Positions 17,790 to 25,506 of a stretch of 25,506 nucleotides of DNA are shown here, in pieces. The DNA is taken from contig JAZSGI010000088.1 in assembly GCA_045532655.1 (NCBI GenBank), forward strand, positions 1-25,506. Reading direction: 5' to 3'. The DNA is from Victivallaceae bacterium. Lineage in GTDB: Bacteria; Verrucomicrobiota; Lentisphaeria; Victivallales; Victivallaceae. Within the stretch, counting starts at the first letter, position 1; each line of letters begins with the position of its first letter. The position numbers and the translations under genes are program-made. A model generated the notes under the pieces. The model did not search any database. It was not told where the DNA came from and saw only the letters and a program-made list of their open reading frames with translations.

Positions 17790-18485
17790 ATGAATATCAG
17801 AGGTATACAGAAACTTACTTTAGTGGATTTCCCCGGCAAAGTAGCTGCAATATTTTTTACCGGAAGCTGTAATTTCCGCTGTCCCTATTGCCACAACCCG
17901 TGCCTGGTGCTTGATCCGGAGAGCCAGCCTGAATTTTCGCGGGAGGAATTTATTGAATTTCTTGACAAACGCCGGGGCAGATTGGAGGGCGTGGTATTTT
18001 CCGGCGGCGAACCGACTTTGCAGGCCGATCTGCCGGAATACGCCGCACTTGCCGCCGATAGAGGGTATGCTGTCAAAGTGGATACCAACGGCAGTAATCC
18101 GGAAATGATAGAAAAACTTTACCGGAACGGTACATTGTCGATGCTCGGAGTTGACTTCAAGGCACAATTTTCCCGTTATAATATCGTTGCCGAATGTAAA
18201 GACCCGGGGTTGGCGGCAAAGGTGCGCCGAACCATCTCTTTTGCCGTTGTCAATAATATCGAACTGGATGTCCGGACTACAGTGCACAAAGCTCTGCTGG
18301 ATGTGGATGACCTGAAAGAAATGGCAAAAGAACTGGAGGAGCTCGGTGTAAAAAAATGGATGCTTCAACAGTTCCGGGGCGAGGATATTCTGGATACGGA
18401 ACTTGCAGAATTACCCACCTTTACTGACAGTGAACTGCGTGCGGCAGCCGCAAATATCTGTTCCTTTGCCATGGTCAGAGAATAA
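17790..18485 (+). CDS. Radical SAM glycyl-radical-enzyme activase, anaerobic ribonucleotide reductase activating protein (NrdG2/TIGR02495-like)
   Basis: IRGIQKLTLVDFPGKVAAIFFTGSCNFRCPYCHNP (CxxxCxxC) and FSGGEPTLQ. 231 aa. Confidence 0.75.
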   Translation: MNIRGIQKLTLVDFPGKVAAIFFTGSCNFRCPYCHNPCLVLDPESQPEFSREEFIEFLDKRRGRLEGVVFSGGEPTLQADLPEYAALAADRGYAVKVDTNGSNPEMIEKLYRNGTLSMLGVDFKAQFSRYNIVAECKDPGLAAKVRRTISFAVVNNIELDVRTTVHKALLDVDDLKEMAKELEELGVKKWMLQQFRGEDILDTELAELPTFTDSELRAAAANICSFAMVRE

Positions 18486-18548
18486 AACAGCCAAAGCGGC
18501 TGTTGCTTACCTTTTTTGAGGAGGGGCAACAGCCGCATTTTATTGTTT
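18486..18548. terminator. Bidirectional intrinsic terminator region between the convergent activase and lacZ genes
   Basis: Nested hairpins. AACAGCC/GGCTGTT (18486-18504) is followed by a T-run on the plus strand. An 11-bp stem GCGGCTGTTGC (18496-18506) / GCAACAGCCGC (18526-18536) is flanked by T-rich tracts on both strands. Confidence 0.6.
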
Positions 18549-18572
18549 TAACAGAAAGTCGGATCAGTGGAC

Positions 18573-21746
<3,174 letters not shown>

Positions 21747-21779
21747 TCAGTGATGGCACACTGCAAATGCAGATACATA

Positions 21780-21814
21780 AACTGCTGCTGTGACGGTATA
21801 TTACAGCAGCAGTT
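21780..21814 (-). terminator. Hairpin downstream of the GH38 gene (possible terminator or RNA-stability element)
   Basis: A perfect 12-bp stem AACTGCTGCTGT / ACAGCAGCAGTT with an 11-nt loop, 17 nt after the GH38 stop. Only a weak T-rich tail follows on the minus strand. Confidence 0.4.
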
Positions 21815-21830
21815 CATGGTCATGGGGTTG

Positions 21831-24527
21831 TCAGCAGAATTCTATTCTGTAGGTCTTGATCTTGTCAGGTGCGGCCTGAACCGAGAATTCAGATGCCTTT
21901 TCTGCAATCACAGCAACTTCAGTAGTTTCATCAAGTTTGACTTCGACCACTCTGGCAGGTCTGGCAAGTTTGATAACAGATGAGGCTGTAGTATCCTTGT
22001 AGTTTACCAGACGGAGTATTGCCTTGCCGGTTTCCACCTTCTGAAGCGGCTTGAATGTACAGAAAGAGAGATCACCTTCAAGTTTGAGTACCGGAGCATC
22101 ATTCCTGCCTTCAACAGCCGGGATCATGTAATAAGGCAGCTGTGAACGGTAGGTACACATATATTTCCAGAGAGCAGCATTGTCATCAAAGGCTGTAAGG
22201 GGATTGAAAGAATACTCAAAAGTAAGCTCTTTAAGCAGCTGTCCTTCGATCTCGCCATTGGTGGCAACCGTTTTTCTGAAAGCCCTGATAAGGGTAATAT
22301 ACAATTCACCTGCGGCAAAATCAGATGCACCGACCTCATGGAGGCCGTAACGTGCCACAAAAGCAAGTCCGCCTTCGCCATCACGCTTGCCGACGATGCC
22401 GGAAAAGTTCTTTTCAATGGGTTCAGCTTCCACATAATCTTCAGTGGCACGGCCGAGGGCACGCCAGGGCTCACGCTCAACAAAGCAGAAAGTCTGACTG
22501 GCGAAATATTTGCCGCTGATACCGGTGGGGACCACCAGCCGCAACCGGAAATCCTTGATATTATTGACAATTTCAGTCTTCACCCTGATATTGGGTGAAG
22601 AAGCCTCAAGAGTCACCAGGCTCTTAATGGTAAGGGTTTCAAAATCAGAGCTTTCGCCAATACCGTTCCATGTGTAATCAAGTTCCTTGGGCATTTTGAT
22701 GTCGTAAATGATCTCAAATACAGTACAATTAGGCCCATCAGTACGTACAGCAACAGAACGTGCACTCATGGCTTGCAGATATTCAGCAGCACCTGACGGG
22801 CGCACATGGTTCCAACCGTCACCGATCTCCCGGTCAATAATGAAGCTGTTGAGTCCGCTGAAGGATTTTCCGGTACGCTTATCGGTGATCTTCAGTGAAC
22901 CGTCTGCTTCAACAGCAAGTTTGATAAATTTATTTTCGGCACTGCGTTTTCCTGTAAGCTGCGAAACAAAACAACGCGGTCTGGCAGCAGAAGGCTTGAT
23001 CTGCAAAGTAGTCCACGAGGATGCCTTCATTTCCACTTCCACATTTACAGGCAGTATATTCCTGATACGGGAATCGGCACGGTAAATCCTGAATTGACTG
23101 TTTGTGATCTGCCTTCCGCGCTGATACGGCAGCTCCTCCCCTTTTTCATTGAAAATATGGAAACAGGGGAATGCCTCATATCCGAAAGGTTCCGCCCAAT
23201 ACTGCGGATATGGTTTGGCAGTAGGCATAGCGATATCCAGCTGAACAGTTTCCTTGCGATCCCACGGCATGGGGTTGAAAATACGGATAGTATAATTACC
23301 GTTTTCATCGATATCATTGACACGCTGTTTATCATCCACACCGTCAAAAGTTACCATAGCAATGGTTTTGCCGGTGTGAGCAAACATATCGTCATGTTTG
23401 TGCTGATCGATGATCTCGGAAAGTACCTGCTGAATTGCTTCAAAACGGGGCAGCATCTGCCGGTGGACGGCATCGATGGAACAACCGCATATGGAATCAT
23501 GGGGATGGTTTTTGATAAGCTGTTTCCATGCATATTTACCGAAATAAAGCATATCATCTTTCCCCTCTGCAGCCATAGCCGCAAGAATGGGATCAGTGGT
23601 ATATTCCATAGTATTGGCGCAGCGGTCATTACCGCTCTTGACATCGTAGCGTGAACTCAAGGTATGGGGAATTTGAGTGGGAGAATCCTCATCTCTGTGA
23701 CAAGTATCAATAAGTTCTCCGGCGACAACAGCGTTGCTGCCGTCAAATTCCTGCATAGTTTCCGAATAATCAGTATGAATGATCTCGCAATCGGGGTAAA
23801 GTTCCCTGATCCAGCGGAACTGTTCCTGCAACTGCGAATGAACCTGCATATGATCGAGGGCATCAGTAATAACAATATGGTCACCGCAGATTGCGCGGCG
23901 GTTTTCGGCATAGGCTTTGAATCTGGCTTTAAATGTTTCCTCATCAAGGGGGATATCCCAGAGTCCGGTAACTTTAAGTGTATAAGCGCCGTAGCCGCAT
24001 TCTCCGGGGAGGCGTACGGTAGGGCAGCGAGTACCATCGGGGCTTTCCCAATAGAAAAATGGTGGTGTTTCGTGGTGTATCCCCCGCCAGAGAACGGCAG
24101 GAGCGAGGTCAAATCCGGCAAAGATCTGTGGTGTTTGAGCGGCATGTCCGAAGATATCACAAATATATCCGCAATGCCATGGCGCATGGCCGAAACTTTC
24201 AGCGATTTCCTTGCCTATAAGCAAGTTATGTATCATAGACTCGCCGGAGATAAGGAATTCGTCAGGCATAACATACCATGGTCCGACATTGAGTTTACCG
24301 GAAGCTACCTGAGCCTGAACCCGTTCTCTCCAATCTGGTCTTATTTCCAGAACATCTTCGAGGACAATGGTTTGCCCATCGAAGGTATATTTTTCGATTT
24401 TGCCGTTTTCCAGAGCTTTAAGGATACCATCGGCAGTATCAACGAGATATCTGCGGTAATTTTCCATAGGCAGATACCATTCACGATCCCAGTGGGTTGA
24501 ATTAAAATAATAGAAACGCAAAGCCAT
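21831..24527 (-). CDS. Glycoside hydrolase family 38 alpha-mannosidase (MngB-like)
   Basis: 898 aa with N-terminal NSTHWDREWY, VGPWYVMPDEFLISGES and CDIFGH motifs typical of bacterial GH38. SD GGAGG lies upstream of the ATG. Confidence 0.87.
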   Translation of the reverse strand: MALRFYYFNSTHWDREWYLPMENYRRYLVDTADGILKALENGKIEKYTFDGQTIVLEDVLEIRPDWRERVQAQVASGKLNVGPWYVMPDEFLISGESMIHNLLIGKEIAESFGHAPWHCGYICDIFGHAAQTPQIFAGFDLAPAVLWRGIHHETPPFFYWESPDGTRCPTVRLPGECGYGAYTLKVTGLWDIPLDEETFKARFKAYAENRRAICGDHIVITDALDHMQVHSQLQEQFRWIRELYPDCEIIHTDYSETMQEFDGSNAVVAGELIDTCHRDEDSPTQIPHTLSSRYDVKSGNDRCANTMEYTTDPILAAMAAEGKDDMLYFGKYAWKQLIKNHPHDSICGCSIDAVHRQMLPRFEAIQQVLSEIIDQHKHDDMFAHTGKTIAMVTFDGVDDKQRVNDIDENGNYTIRIFNPMPWDRKETVQLDIAMPTAKPYPQYWAEPFGYEAFPCFHIFNEKGEELPYQRGRQITNSQFRIYRADSRIRNILPVNVEVEMKASSWTTLQIKPSAARPRCFVSQLTGKRSAENKFIKLAVEADGSLKITDKRTGKSFSGLNSFIIDREIGDGWNHVRPSGAAEYLQAMSARSVAVRTDGPNCTVFEIIYDIKMPKELDYTWNGIGESSDFETLTIKSLVTLEASSPNIRVKTEIVNNIKDFRLRLVVPTGISGKYFASQTFCFVEREPWRALGRATEDYVEAEPIEKNFSGIVGKRDGEGGLAFVARYGLHEVGASDFAAGELYITLIRAFRKTVATNGEIEGQLLKELTFEYSFNPLTAFDDNAALWKYMCTYRSQLPYYMIPAVEGRNDAPVLKLEGDLSFCTFKPLQKVETGKAILRLVNYKDTTASSVIKLARPARVVEVKLDETTEVAVIAEKASEFSVQAAPDKIKTYRIEFC

Positions 24528-24587
24528 ATTGCTCCTCCGATTAACGGTTATTGTCCTATCTTGCTAAATAAGAGTATATTTTCAATA

Positions 24588-24615
24588 AATATACAACGTA
24601 TTTAATAAATAGCAA
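24588..24615 (-). promoter_or_regulatory. Candidate promoter for the GH38 gene (minus strand TTGCTA-N16-TATATT)
   Basis: Read on the minus strand, TTGCTA is at 24615-24610 and TATATT at 24593-24588, within a strongly AT-rich tract. This implies a ~55-nt leader. Confidence 0.3.
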
Positions 24616-24780
24616 AGCATTTTGTATTAAAAAAGAGAAATTTATCCGGCATATTAAAGAGTTCGGTAAAAAAAAGTGCAACATGTGAACTGCTATGACA
24701 TAATTTGTCACAGCAGCGGAGATATATTAAAGCAAATTTAACCAAAATGCTGAAAACTCAAAGGGTATGAAAAGATATAT

Positions 24781-24854
24781 ACGACCTGTGCGATTGCCTG
24801 TCATGAAATCAGACAGGATTTGTTTGGATCAATGGTACAGGTCGTTTTTCATTT
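24781..24854 (+). other. Orphan terminator-like nested stem-loop followed by a T-tract (candidate small RNA 3' end or relic terminator)
   Basis: Outer 9-bp stem ACGACCTGT (24781-24789) / ACAGGTCGT (24837-24845), followed by TTTTCATTT. Inner hairpin CCTGTC (24797-24802) / GACAGG (24812-24817). No plus-strand gene lies upstream. Confidence 0.35.
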
Positions 24855-24880
24855 ACCAACCGGATATTCTTTCCCAAAAC

Positions 24881-25113
24881 CGGGCCAAGCCTTCCCACAG
24901 CGGGCAAGCGGAAGCAAGCCCGCAGAGCCAAGCGAAGCGAGGCTCCCCCACAGCGGGCAAGCGAAGCAAGCCCGCCAGAGCCAAGCGCAGCGAGGCTCCC
25001 CAACAACGGTCAAGCTGAAGCAAGCCCGCCAGAGCCAAGCGACAGCGAGGCTCACACGCAAGCGGGCAAGCGGAAGCAAGCCCGCCAGAGCCAAGCGATA
25101 GCGAGGCTCCACA
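24881..25113. repeat. Tandem array of four ~53-56 bp units, each made of two alternating mini-hairpins (REP/BIME-like)
   Basis: Type A hairpins CGGGCAAGC-GGAA-GCAAGCCCG are at 24901-24922, 24954-24974, 25007-25028 and 25063-25084. Type B hairpins GAGCCAAGC-GAA-GCGAGGCTC are at 24925-24945, 24978-24998, 25032-25053 and 25088-25109. A degenerate leading copy starts at 24881. Confidence 0.85.
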
Positions 25114-25147
25114 ACAGCCCCCTATACAAGAGTAAAAAAGGAGTTCA

Positions 25148-25183
25148 GTTCCGGAAAAAATCTTGCAGATTTTTTTCCGGAAC
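25148..25183. repeat. Near-perfect 36-nt palindromic hairpin
   Basis: GTTCCGGAAAAAATCT-tgc-AGATTTTTTTCCGGAAC: a 16-bp stem with one bulged T and a 3-nt loop. Confidence 0.75.
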
Positions 25184-25197
25184 GAACCAGCGGGAGC

Positions 25198-25329
25198 CGG
25201 AAACACCTGATCTGCGGGTTCAGTCAAGGCGGACCCGGAATAAAAGCGAAGAAATGAGCGGCTTATGCCGGAAGCGGCCTTGACGGGTTCCGCAGTACAG
25301 GTGTAGCCACACGGCACCTCGGAAACACC
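25198..25329. other. About 100-nt imperfect rod-like inverted repeat flanked by 10-bp direct repeats (candidate structured RNA or MITE-like relic)
   Basis: Arms 25204-25230 and 25277-25303 pair as CACCTG/CAGGTG, CTGCGG/CCGCAG and TCAAGGC/GCCTTGA, with internal loops. Direct repeats CGGAAACACC are at 25198-25207 and 25320-25329. Confidence 0.5.
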
Positions 25330-25340
25330 CTCCACGCAAC

Positions 25341-25393
25341 GAGCCAAGCGATAGCGAGGCTCCCCCTCAACGAGCCAAGCGCTGGCGAGGCTC
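25341..25393. repeat. Two further type-B mini-hairpin copies detached from the main array
   Basis: GAGCCAAGCGATAGCGAGGCTC (25341-25362) and GAGCCAAGCGCTGGCGAGGCTC (25372-25393). The first copy plus the next base is identical over 23 nt to 25088-25110. Confidence 0.8.
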
Positions 25394-25398
25394 CTGAC

Positions 25399-25437
25399 AA
25401 AAAAAAGATCCTCAAAACAGTGCGTATTTTGAGGATC
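25399..25437 (-). terminator. Rho-independent terminator of the rRNA operon (downstream of 5S on the minus strand)
   Basis: A perfect 11-bp stem GATCCTCAAAA (25407-25417) / TTTTGAGGATC (25427-25437). On the minus strand it is followed by a T8 run (A8 at 25399-25406). Confidence 0.8.
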
Positions 25438-25446
25438 GTAAAAAAT

Positions 25447-25506
25447 ATCCCGGCACCGTGCTACTCTCCCGTAGTCAAATATACAGTACCATCGCCGCTG
25501 GAGCCC
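25447..25506 (-). rRNA. rrf: 5S ribosomal RNA, 3' half (gene continues beyond window end)
   Basis: The reverse complement reads ...GCGAUGGUACUG...CGGGAGAGUAGCACGGUGCCGGGAU. This aligns with the E. coli 5S 3' half (CCGAUGGUAGUG...GCGAGAGUAGGGAACUGCCAGGCAU). The 3' end is placed to within about 3 nt. Confidence 0.82.

Noticed and set aside
25195-25230. A TPP-riboswitch-like string ACCTGATC.
   Set aside because: Only this 8-mer matches. The CUGAGA box and the pyrimidine-sensing helix are absent, and no downstream gene exists to regulate.
25220-25285. An SRP (4.5S) RNA-like CCGGAA / GGAA loop inside the rod hairpin.
   Set aside because: The conserved helix-8 sequence (GGUCCGGAAGGAAGCAGC with its symmetric and asymmetric loops) is not reproduced on either strand. 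The resemblance is limited to a GGAA tetranucleotide.
24767-25347. ORFs crossing the repeat region (24767-25018 +, 24820-25101 +, 24853-25347 -) could be repeat-containing proteins.
   Set aside because: Three mutually overlapping frames are all open simply because the repeat lacks stop codons. The unit lengths of 53 and 56 bp shift the frame between units. The products are low-complexity (QAKRGSP-type), there is no credible SD or start context, and the ORFs run through strong hairpins.
24881-25398. The repeat array could be a CRISPR array.
   Set aside because: The units abut directly, with no unique ~30-bp spacers. The repeats are short hairpins of two alternating types. There is no leader or cas gene in the window.

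Overview
This is a 25.5 kb, roughly 50% GC, densely coding bacterial chromosomal window with 21 intact CDS and no obvious pseudogenes, IS elements, prophage or cas genes. Most of it is ordinary core genome.

Gene order:
- Plus strand: hemW-like (5' partial), ftsK, a RodZ-like HTH protein, then aroQ-accB-accC-asp23-(AmaP-like)-maf.
- Minus strand: a very tightly packed string of recN, queC, a small RyR-domain protein, a multi-TM/Rossmann/RyR-like protein, an AGE-family epimerase and an m5U-type RNA methyltransferase.
- Plus strand: lepB-tadA-aroE and an NrdG-type radical-SAM activase.
- Minus strand: two large glycoside hydrolases, a GH2 beta-galactosidase and a GH38 alpha-mannosidase.
- The last ~950 bp are non-coding. 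They end in an intrinsic terminator and the 3' half of a 5S rRNA gene (minus strand) that runs off the window.

I see no recognisable defence island or gene-bearing mobile element. Two places are not explained by standard annotation:
1. The translationally coupled RyR-domain pair (11161-13463). Its large member looks like a degenerate RCK/TrkA-type channel-like membrane protein.
2. The non-coding tract 24780-25400. It holds a tandem array of two alternating, architecturally identical mini-hairpins (period 53-56 bp, not a multiple of 3). A ~230 bp segment that splits the array is bounded by identical 23-nt copies and contains a near-perfect 36-nt hairpin and a ~100-nt rod-like hairpin flanked by 10-bp direct repeats.

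Functions for both are inferences only. The taxon cannot be assigned from this sequence alone; the glycan-degrading and anaerobe-type gene content is only suggestive.
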